DNA from: Candidatus Poseidoniales archaeon
Lineage (GTDB): Archaea > Thermoplasmatota > Poseidoniia > Poseidoniales > Poseidoniaceae
Length of the DNA: 64,000 bases
Assembly (NCBI GenBank): GCA_003602415.1
Contig: QQSK01000013.1
Coordinates: 89,929-153,928, forward strand
Reading direction: 5' to 3'
Shown here: positions 27,307 through 36,946 of the stretch, one piece after another
Layout: every line of letters begins with the position of its first letter
Numbering within the stretch: the first letter of the stretch is position 1
Program-made: the position numbers and the translations under genes
Notes under the pieces: generated by a model
What the model was told of the DNA's origin: nothing
The model's database searches: none
Seen by the model: only the letters and a program-made list of their open reading frames with translations

Positions 27307-29586
27307 ATGGTGCGTAGTAATCGTATTAGATCTACATACCAAAGAAGAATCCTAGATTGGCTTGCAGATGGAGGAGGAACTGTAACTGAAGTTTCTCAGG
27401 CGCTGGGGATCAGAATCCCTCACGCTTCTGCAGCCCTGAAAAAACTCAGAGAATCGGGCGACGTCGCCAGAGATCATGTTAGTCAACGCGGCTCTAGATA
27501 TCGCTTATCTTCTCAAGGATTGACCCGTTTAGAATCAGATGGTTTGTCTAGATTGAATGAGTTGGTAAGGTGGCCTCCGCCACCAGGTGCGGCAGGGATA
27601 GTTTTGGCTAGAGAAGGGCCTATGCTACTACTTGGTTACGCCTCAATGCCAGCTGGACCTCTGCTTGGACTACCTGAAAGGCCAATGAATGAGGAAAGTG
27701 GAGTGATGGAAGATTCCACTGGAAATCAAGGGGAGTCTGACACATGGATTTGGGCTGTACAAAGAGGAGATGGTCCAGTATGGTGGGATTTAGATTCCTC
27801 GAGGAGGGCACAACCACCAGAAGAACCGAGTTCTCTAACATTAGCTGCTTGGATGGAACGTCCAAAAGTAATGGGTATTGTTCGAGCAAGAATATTGGAT
27901 GAAACAAATCCTTGGCCCTTAGGAGTTGGAAGTTGGTTCAAAACTTTACCAACTGGTTACTGGCCTGAATTACCACAGGTATTACGCGATGGTGATGCAG
28001 CAATTGGTCGTGCAGGTAATTCCGGTCCATTGGTTAGCCCTAGAGGCGGGATGCATGCTAGAATAGGAAGGAGAACAGATCGTTCATTATTGATCAATAG
28101 TTTCGTTGAAGAATCATTTACGGTTGCAGATGGCGACCTTTTGGCACGTCCAGAATCTGCTTTACCCAAGGGTTTGCTCAAGCATTGGCTGAAGATTATC
28201 CATCCACGTCTCAATCAACATTCAATCAATGAGAGATTCGAGAGGTTATCTAAAGACATAGATTCTTCATCATCCAATGCATTAACCAGAAAGTTACTCA
28301 ATGATTTCCCAGGAAGGGTTTGGAAGAATCAGAAGACCAAATTCATAGACACTCGCTCTCTTTCACAAAGAGGTGGAGAGGCAGCGTTAAGATACGCTAT
28401 TGAGGTTAGTGAAGATTCCATTGTCTTGGATTGGAGATGGAATGAAAATGTGGAATTGTTGAACAGGTTTTCAAGTGATACTCGTTGTAAATTATTGATT
28501 TCAGAATCGTCTCAAACCAATTTGCCATTCATCCTGACTTCGACAAATGAAACTGGTAAATTCAAATTAGAAATTCCTGGCAGACTATACCTCCCAATTA
28601 GTATCAAACAAGACGAATCTGTACCTGAGGATTGGAAGGCTCCAAAATCTCCATCAGAATTAGTTCGAGGTAATTCGAATACAATTTCAAATGCAGATAA
28701 TGAGTTAGATGCTATGTGGAAAGCGTGCATGCTACAATCTGGTAACGATGTCTGGGCAGATAGACACGAGAAAGAATATCCTCTAGCCTCATGGATTGCA
28801 ACCAGTAAAGAAAACCAGGTGGCAAGATGGAGGAGAATTGGAAATCAAATCGATCCGGTTTGGGCTGGCTTGGCCGATATGACAATTTTTGATGATGATG
28901 ATTTAGCAGACCTAGCGTTAGTTGATGACAAGGCACTTTCGATATTGATAGCTAGAATTAGGAATAATCCTTTGCGAATATTATCGAAAACCGTGACAAA
29001 TCCTGCTATTGCAACCGCAATTTTGCTTAGCACAGAATGGATTGATATCGACGCAGATGTCATAGATTGTTGGCTAACCAATCCTCTACGTGTATCAGAT
29101 GTCCTTAGAAGGAATTGGGGCAAATCAGAAATCGGGAGATTGGTAGATGCCTGTCAACATCACAGTGTTCTATTCAATAATTCCAAAATTCACGATAGAA
29201 TTCAAATTCTTGCGATAATGGAAGATGTGCATTATTCGTTGTGGAAAGAACATTCTGTTGAATGGTTATCCATTTGTTTGGGCTCTACTATTGGCAGAAA
29301 TGCCTTGTCTATGCTAGATTTACCTTGGCCTGCTATCGTATACGAACAAAATCTAGATTCAGGTGATTTAGTCTTGATTCACCACATGCCAGATGGAATA
29401 GGAACAGATTCACTGAAAGATGTGATGGAAGGGTTAGAGGCTAGGGAGAATAATCGTCCACCAAGCCAAGGAAGAACACATCCATTGGCAGGATGGTTAT
29501 TCCAGGAATTGGTTCCTCAGCCTGAATTAGATACTGAATATGATTTGGATATTCATATCGCTTTGCACCGACGCTTTGAACAATGA
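27307..29586 (+). CDS. Large protein with an N-terminal ArsR/MarR-like winged HTH
   Basis: RRILDWL..GGTVTEVSQALGIRIPHASAALKKLRESGDV. Confidence 0.75.
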   Translation: MVRSNRIRSTYQRRILDWLADGGGTVTEVSQALGIRIPHASAALKKLRESGDVARDHVSQRGSRYRLSSQGLTRLESDGLSRLNELVRWPPPPGAAGIVLAREGPMLLLGYASMPAGPLLGLPERPMNEESGVMEDSTGNQGESDTWIWAVQRGDGPVWWDLDSSRRAQPPEEPSSLTLAAWMERPKVMGIVRARILDETNPWPLGVGSWFKTLPTGYWPELPQVLRDGDAAIGRAGNSGPLVSPRGGMHARIGRRTDRSLLINSFVEESFTVADGDLLARPESALPKGLLKHWLKIIHPRLNQHSINERFERLSKDIDSSSSNALTRKLLNDFPGRVWKNQKTKFIDTRSLSQRGGEAALRYAIEVSEDSIVLDWRWNENVELLNRFSSDTRCKLLISESSQTNLPFILTSTNETGKFKLEIPGRLYLPISIKQDESVPEDWKAPKSPSELVRGNSNTISNADNELDAMWKACMLQSGNDVWADRHEKEYPLASWIATSKENQVARWRRIGNQIDPVWAGLADMTIFDDDDLADLALVDDKALSILIARIRNNPLRILSKTVTNPAIATAILLSTEWIDIDADVIDCWLTNPLRVSDVLRRNWGKSEIGRLVDACQHHSVLFNNSKIHDRIQILAIMEDVHYSLWKEHSVEWLSICLGSTIGRNALSMLDLPWPAIVYEQNLDSGDLVLIHHMPDGIGTDSLKDVMEGLEARENNRPPSQGRTHPLAGWLFQELVPQPELDTEYDLDIHIALHRRFEQ

Positions 29587-29605
29587 GAGCCACCGACACT
29601 AACTC

Positions 29606-29869
29606 GACCGCACATGCAACATCGCACGGAGAGCGTCCGCTCAGTGAACTGCGATACCAATGTATGCGGTCGCGTGCCATCGACGAAGACCAGGGTGACT
29701 CTTAGGAGAATGACCTCTGATGCAAACCGATGGACAATGTGGTCGGTAATGGGTCCTCGCTGGACGAGAGAATGAGAGTGAGACAACCAACCGGCTGCAC
29801 AGATAAGCCCTGACCCTGGGTCAAGCCTCCGAGGAGACAGTGACAGGGGCTGTTACGGGTCGGGGCACA
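29606..29869 (+). ncRNA. Multi-hairpin box H/ACA pseudouridylation guide RNA
   Basis: Three hairpins (29677-29733, 29739-29798, 29807-29866), each followed directly by ACA and each with an internal pocket and an apical GA/UGA K-turn-like motif; a fourth similar hairpin (29606-29671) lacks ACA. Confidence 0.8.
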
Positions 29870-29916
29870 GATTTCTTTGCGATTCATTGAATAGCCATCC
29901 AAACCCAGTGGATAGT

Positions 29917-30906
29917 ATGGGGAAGTTGGAGCGCTGCTTAGTCGGTGGCACTTTCGACAGATTTCATGATGGCCACAAGGCTTTGCTCGAAATGGCATTA
30001 GATGTCGCAGAGTTAGTCGAAGTTTGGATCACAAACGATGAAATGTCGGCCTCTAAATCTCCTGTACTCGAATCTTTTGAAGATAGAAGGGAAGCAATTC
30101 TGGTCTGGGCCGATGAAAGAATCACTACTCATGAATTAGAAGATAGTCTTGGTCCTGCTCCAATCCGAAAAGATTGCGACAGTATCATTTGCACTCCTGA
30201 GACTTTGAACAACTGTCAAAAAATCAATGAAATGAGATTACGAAATGGTTTGATTCCTTTAGAAATCATAGAAGTTCCTCACACACTTGATGAGAATGGC
30301 GGAATAATTTCTAGTTCTAGAATCAGAGCTGGATTGATTGACAAAGAAGGGAAAGTTTGGCTAAATGAGACCAACCGACTAAACACATATCATTTTCATT
30401 CTGGTTTGGATTCAGAACTCAAGAAACCATCTGGTGAATTATTTCCAGGTCCAGAAGAATCTCCAGAGATTGCAATGTCTGCAGCGATGGAGAATATTGC
30501 TCCAGGCGGCATTGTAGCGGTTGGAGATGTAAGCGTGGCGACATTGCTTGACATGGGTGTAATTCCAGATATTGCACTAGTGGATGGGATGACTAAGCGT
30601 ACAGAGTTAATCGAGAAAGTAGAACTCTCGCAATTTGATTTGCTAATCTCAGCAGTCAATCCTGCCGGTCAAATCACTCCCTCTCTCATCCAATCAATCG
30701 ATGCTGCACTCCATAGTGACCAAACAACTTGCATCGAAGTCGATGGGGAAGAGGATTTAGCTCCAATTATTGTACACCTATTGGCACCTATAGGCACTAA
30801 TGTTGTTTATGGGCAACCATCCAAAGGAGTCGTATTACGCATTACCGACCTTGCAGCAAAAGAACAATGTCGAGGCTTGCTATCAAGATTCGAGGTGAGA
30901 AATTGA
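29917..30906 (+). CDS. coaD: Phosphopantetheine adenylyltransferase fused to archaeal GTP-dependent dephospho-CoA kinase (DUF359)
   Basis: VGGTFDRFHDGH, ISSSRIR; VAVGDV, NPAGQIT, VDGEEDL, YGQP. Confidence 0.88.
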   Translation: MGKLERCLVGGTFDRFHDGHKALLEMALDVAELVEVWITNDEMSASKSPVLESFEDRREAILVWADERITTHELEDSLGPAPIRKDCDSIICTPETLNNCQKINEMRLRNGLIPLEIIEVPHTLDENGGIISSSRIRAGLIDKEGKVWLNETNRLNTYHFHSGLDSELKKPSGELFPGPEESPEIAMSAAMENIAPGGIVAVGDVSVATLLDMGVIPDIALVDGMTKRTELIEKVELSQFDLLISAVNPAGQITPSLIQSIDAALHSDQTTCIEVDGEEDLAPIIVHLLAPIGTNVVYGQPSKGVVLRITDLAAKEQCRGLLSRFEVRN

Positions 30907-31919
30907 CATTGGTTTCTATTGCAGTATGCGTTAGAAATGGATTAGATTGGATAGACGGGTGTCTAGAATCCTTGGTCAATCAAACCCATTCACCACTTGA
31001 AATCATATTGGTGGATGATGGTTCAACCGATGGGAGCCAGGATAAAGTGAAACAATGGTCTGAACATGAATTAGTTTCAACAATCCTGCAAAAACCGCTT
31101 GGACTTTCTGCAGGAAGAATGGCAGCACTTAGTGAAGCAAAAGGCGAATGGTTTGCGATTACTGATATTGATGTTAGACCCGAAGCGGATTGGATTCAGA
31201 GGATGTTGGAGTCTTCAGAATCTCGAGATGGTGAAAATGTAGTAGCGGTGACGGGACGGACAGTCTTTGGCAGATCGGATGATGTCATTTCTCGCATTAG
31301 GTCGTTAGAAATTGAATCCAAGTATCGTTCTCGTCCCCGTCGGACCAAGTTAGCTAACGGTCCGTGTTCAATGTTTGATAGAGAGCAGTTATTGGAAATT
31401 GGCGGATTTGATCCTTCTTGGTATCATGCTGAAGACATGGAAGTTTCTCTCAAACTGGTCGAAAATGGAGGGACGATTGTTTACACTCCTGAAGCCGTTG
31501 TTAATCACGTTCCAGAAACTGGGCTTTCCCGATTTTTGCATAAGAGAAGAAGAGACGCTAGAGCCCACGTCAGAATCCACAGAAGATACAAAGGAGTTAG
31601 GCACGACTTCATAGGTTCATCTTGGATGGTTTTGTGGATGATACCATTGATGGCTTTAGGCTCATATGGCGCATATCTGTATTCATTAAATCTCACAAAT
31701 TATTCTTCGATTGATTTAGAATCGCTGTACTATTCTCTAACAAGAGAAGTTTTGCTGATTATGTTTTTACCACTATTTTGGCTGGTCTCAATCATTAGAA
31801 GCCATTTGCCAAAAAGAAGTCTGAAAGCACTAATTGTACTTTTCACATGGTCGATATACCTGTGGCAAGGAATCTTGCTAGGCTATTTAGATGCGTTATT
31901 GAGGCGTAATGGCCACTAA
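30903..31919 (+). CDS. Family 2 glycosyltransferase
   Basis: VDDGSTD, TDID, AEDME; C-terminal TM segments. Confidence 0.9.
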   Translation: MTLVSIAVCVRNGLDWIDGCLESLVNQTHSPLEIILVDDGSTDGSQDKVKQWSEHELVSTILQKPLGLSAGRMAALSEAKGEWFAITDIDVRPEADWIQRMLESSESRDGENVVAVTGRTVFGRSDDVISRIRSLEIESKYRSRPRRTKLANGPCSMFDREQLLEIGGFDPSWYHAEDMEVSLKLVENGGTIVYTPEAVVNHVPETGLSRFLHKRRRDARAHVRIHRRYKGVRHDFIGSSWMVLWMIPLMALGSYGAYLYSLNLTNYSSIDLESLYYSLTREVLLIMFLPLFWLVSIIRSHLPKRSLKALIVLFTWSIYLWQGILLGYLDALLRRNGH

Positions 31920-32471
31920 TCACTCATCATCTTCTACAGTTGAAAGCATTCTCAGGACTAAACCTGTTGCCATCAATGCAATTGCGATAGAATAAACTCC
32001 AGGGTCAATCCATGATGTGTACATGATTCCCCAATAGAAGTAGAATACAACACTTGCAAGCATGGACCAAGTTCCTAGGACCAATGACCATCCACCATTT
32101 CCTGGCTCGATCAAGTCGTTGTACCACTCGCTTTTTACCATTGACTGAATCCAATCGGATGCACTACCATCGCCGATTAATGAGCGAGATCCGAGGAAGG
32201 TCAAAACACCACAAAGTACCATGAAAACAGCGTCTCCTGCAACAAATGCAGATGCAGTATCCTTGTTATCAAATGCTGCGTTAGTATATTCAAAAGTGAA
32301 TACTCCACCCCAAGATACTCGATAACTTGGATGAATAATTCCCATAATGTTGAGAATTGCTAGCATTAAACCAAGGATTCCTAGCCAAAAATACCAGTTA
32401 GCAAGAGTCTTTGATGGGTTTGTCAGCATATCGAACATACCGTTCTCTGCATTCTCACCTTCGTTGCTCAT
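31920..32471 (-). CDS. Hypothetical membrane protein
   Basis: 4 TM segments. Confidence 0.7.
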   Translation of the reverse strand: MSNEGENAENGMFDMLTNPSKTLANWYFWLGILGLMLAILNIMGIIHPSYRVSWGGVFTFEYTNAAFDNKDTASAFVAGDAVFMVLCGVLTFLGSRSLIGDGSASDWIQSMVKSEWYNDLIEPGNGGWSLVLGTWSMLASVVFYFYWGIMYTSWIDPGVYSIAIALMATGLVLRMLSTVEDDE

Positions 32472-32535
32472 GCGTCCGTCGACCTTGGACGCGTTTAAGA
32501 GTCTTGGCATAGCCAAAATAAGGCCGGATTACAAC

Positions 32536-33777
32536 TCAAAGTTGAGTTTGGTGTCGATATTTTGCTGAGAAAACATCGGTCAAAGCAGGTTCAGCCTTTG
32601 ACATTACATCACAAGGGTCTATGTTGGTAGGAATACAAGAATTGATTTCTTTACTGCGTCCATATCGTCCACGTGAAATGGTTTTAGCGGTGATTAATCC
32701 TAACATGTCCAAGTTTGAAATGATTCCAGAGATTCTCCTGGCTGTAAGGAATTGCTGTCCGATGTGAGAACAAGCTTGCTTGTAAATATGGTAAACTTCA
32801 CCAGTTTGTATATTCCTCAAACCATTCTTTTCGTTGATTAAAACTGAGGATAATACCAATTTTTGCTGAGTTGGAAGGGTTCTGATAACAGGAGTTACTT
32901 GGTCGGACTCAATTTGAGCCTGAGCAATTCTGACATGATTTTGTTCAACCACTTCAACGCCTTCTTGTTCTGCTTTTTCTGTTGAGACTCGCAACAAGTC
33001 TAGAGCACATCGAGCATCTCCATGTTCTTGTGCAGCAAGGGCCGCACATAACTCGATCACTCCTGGACCAATCGCCTCAGTACTAATACCAAGACTTGCT
33101 CGAGAGCGCAAAATGTCCTGAAGTTGCTCAGCATTGTATGGATTGAAAACAATATCTTGTTGTCCAAGTCGACTTCTAACTCTTGGATCTAAGAAATCTG
33201 TGAATTTGAGGTCATTAGAAATCCCGATAACACAAGCCCTTGCATTCTTCAATTCAGCATTCAAGTTTGTTAGGTTGTAGAGAAGGTCATCGCCTGCTTT
33301 CTTTACTAGATGGTCGATTTCATCAAGAACCAGAACATAAACTCCTCCTCGAGAATTCATTCTTTTGACCAATTCTGAGAAAACTCTGTCGGTAGGCCAT
33401 CCAGTGAATGGAATCTCTTCTCTTTCATGATCTTCTAATAATGCATTTCCAAGATGTGAAAGTACTCTGTACTGTGTGTCGATTTGTCGACAGTTAACCA
33501 TTACTGGATGGACGATTCTTCCAATCGACTCTCCCTTCCTTTGCAGTTGGTCACAAACGTATCTAGTAACTGCTGTTTTTCCTGCACCGGTTACGCCGTA
33601 CAAAATCATGTTAGATGGAATATGTCCCTTTAGGGCTTCAACTAGATTAAATGAAAGCTGGTCTCTCTCGTAGTCACGATGAGGTAGTGTCTCTGGTTGG
33701 TAAGTGTGGCGCAGTACTTCTTTCTGAATAAACAGAGTTTTTTGATTGAGAATTCCATCGAAAATATTTCTCTTCAA
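32536..33777 (-). CDS. cdc6: Orc1/Cdc6 replication initiator
   Basis: YGVTGAGKT, VLDEID, LDPRVRSRL, HGDARCALDLLR, C-terminal wHTH SRGRYGR. Confidence 0.95.
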   Translation of the reverse strand: MKRNIFDGILNQKTLFIQKEVLRHTYQPETLPHRDYERDQLSFNLVEALKGHIPSNMILYGVTGAGKTAVTRYVCDQLQRKGESIGRIVHPVMVNCRQIDTQYRVLSHLGNALLEDHEREEIPFTGWPTDRVFSELVKRMNSRGGVYVLVLDEIDHLVKKAGDDLLYNLTNLNAELKNARACVIGISNDLKFTDFLDPRVRSRLGQQDIVFNPYNAEQLQDILRSRASLGISTEAIGPGVIELCAALAAQEHGDARCALDLLRVSTEKAEQEGVEVVEQNHVRIAQAQIESDQVTPVIRTLPTQQKLVLSSVLINEKNGLRNIQTGEVYHIYKQACSHIGQQFLTARRISGIISNLDMLGLITAKTISRGRYGRSKEINSCIPTNIDPCDVMSKAEPALTDVFSAKYRHQTQL

Positions 33778-34198
33778 AAAATAACACCTCTGATTTTTAT
33801 CTTAGTCGTTTGAGCCCGGTCCATACCATGCGTGATGCCTACGGGGAGTCCGAGTCCACCATATAAGGATAATCCCGTGCAAGGATATTTGCAAGCGGTT
33901 TTGTCCATAAACTGAATTTCAATTGGGGGTATAAAAAGGGAAGGGGGTATTTTTGTTTTCACTTATAAAAAAAGACAACTGTGGTCCTAAAAATTTCAAG
34001 CTTTGCGGGTGATAAAAAATTCTCCGCCGAACATAAAATCCATTTTTATCGGAACAAAATTTGAGGGAGTTTACTCCAATTTAAGTTTGAATAATTTCTC
34101 GATCGAATTTTTTTATAAATTTTTGATATTGAAGACGTTGAAAAAACCGCAGAATAAATAATAACAATAAAAAATGTTATTTTTAGTATATTTTATTC
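33778..34198. other. Candidate replication origin / cdc6 promoter region
   Basis: 420 bp non-coding region next to cdc6; very AT-rich distal part; GGGGGT strings; TATA candidate at 33861-33866 (minus strand). Confidence 0.5.
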
Positions 34199-34963
34199 TT
34201 ACAAAATGATGCCATTCGAATTTAAATTGAATTTCATACCATCTTCTCCATGAATGACATTTGGTGGAAATTCAGGGATTTCTTTGGTCAAAATTTCATA
34301 ATCCGAATCTATGTATGTGTGAGTGAGTATTATTTTGGTTTGTGAACATTTTTTTGCCAAATCTGTAATGTGACTTGGCTTGTGATGATGTTCGGTAGCA
34401 ACCCATTCTGGAACACCCATTTCTACAATCGCAAATTTGCACTTTTCAACACGATTCCACAATTCTTCACAAGGACCAGAATCTCCTGAGTGTAGCATCG
34501 ACCATCCTTCTTTGTGGTCCATCATCCATCCGTGAGGTTCAACTTCAGGGTCATGTAAAACCTCAAATCTTTCAAATTTCCAATCCGATGTTTCTAAATC
34601 GTCTACCCATTCAATAGTTTGAAGCATATCATCAAGAGAGCCAGGGTATGCGAGCTTACAGAGTGTAGTCAATCTTTCACGTACAATTTCAGAGCCTGCC
34701 ACAATCAATTTTTTTTGTCCTTCTCTATCTGAAATGTATTTTCTCTCAAGAAGGAAATTTGGGAAGCCAAATACATGATCTCCATGAACATGCGTGACTA
34801 GTAATACGTCAATATCTGCCGGACTAATGCCTGCAATTCTTAGGCTTGCTAATGCAGTAGGTGGGCAATCAACGATGATGTGTCTATCGATTGCCAAGAA
34901 TGAATGGAGCCTTCCCGAAGGTAGGAATGCATTCCCACTTCCTAGTAACTCCACCAGTGCCAT
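34199..34963 (-). CDS. Metallo-beta-lactamase-fold hydrolase (RNase Z-like)
   Basis: LLGSG, THVHGDH, HSGDS, ILTH. Confidence 0.85.
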   Translation of the reverse strand: MALVELLGSGNAFLPSGRLHSFLAIDRHIIVDCPPTALASLRIAGISPADIDVLLVTHVHGDHVFGFPNFLLERKYISDREGQKKLIVAGSEIVRERLTTLCKLAYPGSLDDMLQTIEWVDDLETSDWKFERFEVLHDPEVEPHGWMMDHKEGWSMLHSGDSGPCEELWNRVEKCKFAIVEMGVPEWVATEHHHKPSHITDLAKKCSQTKIILTHTYIDSDYEILTKEIPEFPPNVIHGEDGMKFNLNSNGIIL

Positions 34964-35053
34964 CAAACCTCCCAATCGTATCGAGAATATGACATCATCG
35001 TCACCTAACATTCATCTATCCGTTTCAGGTGGCCGGACCAATTGGTGGTCAAT

Positions 35054-36316
35054 GTGTCTAACTGGAGTGCAAAAAATCCGTACATGTCTAAGATTACAGA
35101 GTGCTATGTATTGAACGGTGAAGGTTCTAGAAAAGAAACTCGCCACGTCGTTTTCGATTTGGGAGACTCAGGACTTGATTACAAAGTCGGAGATGCTTTA
35201 GGAGTTCTATCTGAAAATCCTGAAAACACTGTGGATTTATTGATTGAAACTGCAGGTTGGGATGCTGACCACATGGTAACTACTCACAACGGTGAGAGAA
35301 CACTCAAAGAAGCATTGAAGAAAGATTTCGAAATTCATCGTGTTAACAAGAAGTTCGTAAAATCACTAACTGAGAAAGTCAGTTCAAACGGAATGAGAAT
35401 CTCTGTCAAATTGATTGAGAGTTATCGTGAATCCGTGGCAGGTCAAGGTTCAGGTTGGATGAGTGCCGATTCAGATTTATCCAATGGATTGCTTCCTTCA
35501 ATTCCGGGAGATGACCCCGTGGGCAGAGTCGAGAACCTTGCATCTGATGCAGATGCGATGGAGGATTACATTTGGTCAAGAGACTATATTGATGTAATGA
35601 ACGATTTTGAGGTATCATACGCTCCAGAAGAATTCCTTGAGTTAGCTGACAAACTGAAGCCTCGATTGTACTCAATAGCCAGCAGTCATGATGTCCACCC
35701 TGGATTTGTTGAATTGACAGTAGGTATTGTACGCTATTCGCATCATGGTAGAGATCGAGGCGGTTTGTGCACAGTCTACATGGCAGATGAAGTTGAAGTC
35801 AACAAGACCGATGTAGGAGTCTTTATGTCTCCAACTAAATCATTCGTTCTTCCTGAAGATAAGTCAACCGACATCATCATGGTTGGACCTGGAACAGGAA
35901 TTGCGCCATTCCGTGCGTTCATGGAACAAAGAGTACACGATGGCGGCGACGGTAAGAACTGGCTATTCTTTGGCGACCAATCTTCAAAGACTGAATTTTA
36001 CTACAAGGACTCTATTGAAAACTGGTTAGATGAAGGTCATCTATACAGATTCACCACCGCTTGGTCCAGGGACCAAGAAGAGAAGATCTATGTTCAACAC
36101 AGATTGAAAGAACACGGTGCTGAAGTGTGGGAATGGTTCGAAAGAGGCGCATACTTCTACATTTGTGGTGACAAGCAATACATGGCAAAAGACGTCCATA
36201 GAGCACTAATCGATATTGCTATTGATCATGGTGGAATGTCAGAAGCTGATGCTACACACTTCATTGAAAAGACGATGATGCGTGAAGAGAAGAGATACCT
36301 TAGAGATGTATACTGA
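35054..36316 (+). CDS. FAD/NADPH-binding reductase (CysJ/P450-reductase-like, no flavodoxin domain)
   Basis: RLYSIAS, GGLCT, VGPGTGIAPF, YICGD, RYLRDVY. Confidence 0.88.
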   Translation: MSNWSAKNPYMSKITECYVLNGEGSRKETRHVVFDLGDSGLDYKVGDALGVLSENPENTVDLLIETAGWDADHMVTTHNGERTLKEALKKDFEIHRVNKKFVKSLTEKVSSNGMRISVKLIESYRESVAGQGSGWMSADSDLSNGLLPSIPGDDPVGRVENLASDADAMEDYIWSRDYIDVMNDFEVSYAPEEFLELADKLKPRLYSIASSHDVHPGFVELTVGIVRYSHHGRDRGGLCTVYMADEVEVNKTDVGVFMSPTKSFVLPEDKSTDIIMVGPGTGIAPFRAFMEQRVHDGGDGKNWLFFGDQSSKTEFYYKDSIENWLDEGHLYRFTTAWSRDQEEKIYVQHRLKEHGAEVWEWFERGAYFYICGDKQYMAKDVHRALIDIAIDHGGMSEADATHFIEKTMMREEKRYLRDVY

Positions 36317-36787
36317 TCATGCTTCGCCTTCAGGCGGAGTTGGTACAGTTACTGCAGGTATTCCTTTCTCCCTTGCTCGATTAATCATAATCGTTGTCCA
36401 CTTTGATTTTGGACCAGGGAAAGCTATGACATGAGTTGCATGTTCCAACATCTTGTCACCCAATGTTGGAGATGCTTCTGGCCTTCCTGAATCCTCAAGA
36501 CCTCGTCGAGGTTCATTCCATGCTTCAGTAAAAATCGCCATCGGTATGGCGTTATTATTTGCCCACCTTTCTACCAGGTAATCTACTCCACTCGCTCCTC
36601 CAATGATAATTAAATCCGGATGTGAGTTCCATTTTATCCACTGCTCTAATTGTTCTTCAATCCATTCATAATTGTAAAATCTAGAATTTCCACAAATTAC
36701 CAAATTGATGACCTTTCCATCTTGATTAAGGTCTCTTCCAGCCAATTTTTCGACCGTGGCGGCTCCGGTGTTGATATCGTCGGACAT
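36317..36787 (-). CDS. SLOG-family protein (YspA/DUF2493-like)
   Basis: LVICGNSR, IIIGGASGVDYLVERWA, VIAFPG. Confidence 0.7.
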   Translation of the reverse strand: MSDDINTGAATVEKLAGRDLNQDGKVINLVICGNSRFYNYEWIEEQLEQWIKWNSHPDLIIIGGASGVDYLVERWANNNAIPMAIFTEAWNEPRRGLEDSGRPEASPTLGDKMLEHATHVIAFPGPKSKWTTIMINRAREKGIPAVTVPTPPEGEA

Positions 36788-36946
36788 AACTGACGATTGT
36801 TGAGGTAACCTATAAGTAAATCTGATTTATTTTCCATAAAAATACACAAACCCTCCTCTACTTTCCGCTTTTCGGGGAGAGAAACCGTACTTTCGAAGAC
36901 GTTTTCGACCGCTTTCATCATAGAATAGTTGCTATTGGCGAGTAAC

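Noticed and set aside
29606-29869. SRP RNA or RNase P RNA
   Set aside because: No SRP helix 8 motif and no GAGGAAAGUCC; the hairpin-ACA pattern fits better
29441-29998. Minus-strand ORFs of 77-98 aa and a 40-aa plus-strand ORF at 29583
   Set aside because: No recognisable motifs; better explained by the GC-rich H/ACA RNA
33774-33962. 62-aa ORF upstream of cdc6
   Set aside because: Overlaps the promoter/origin sequence; no coding features
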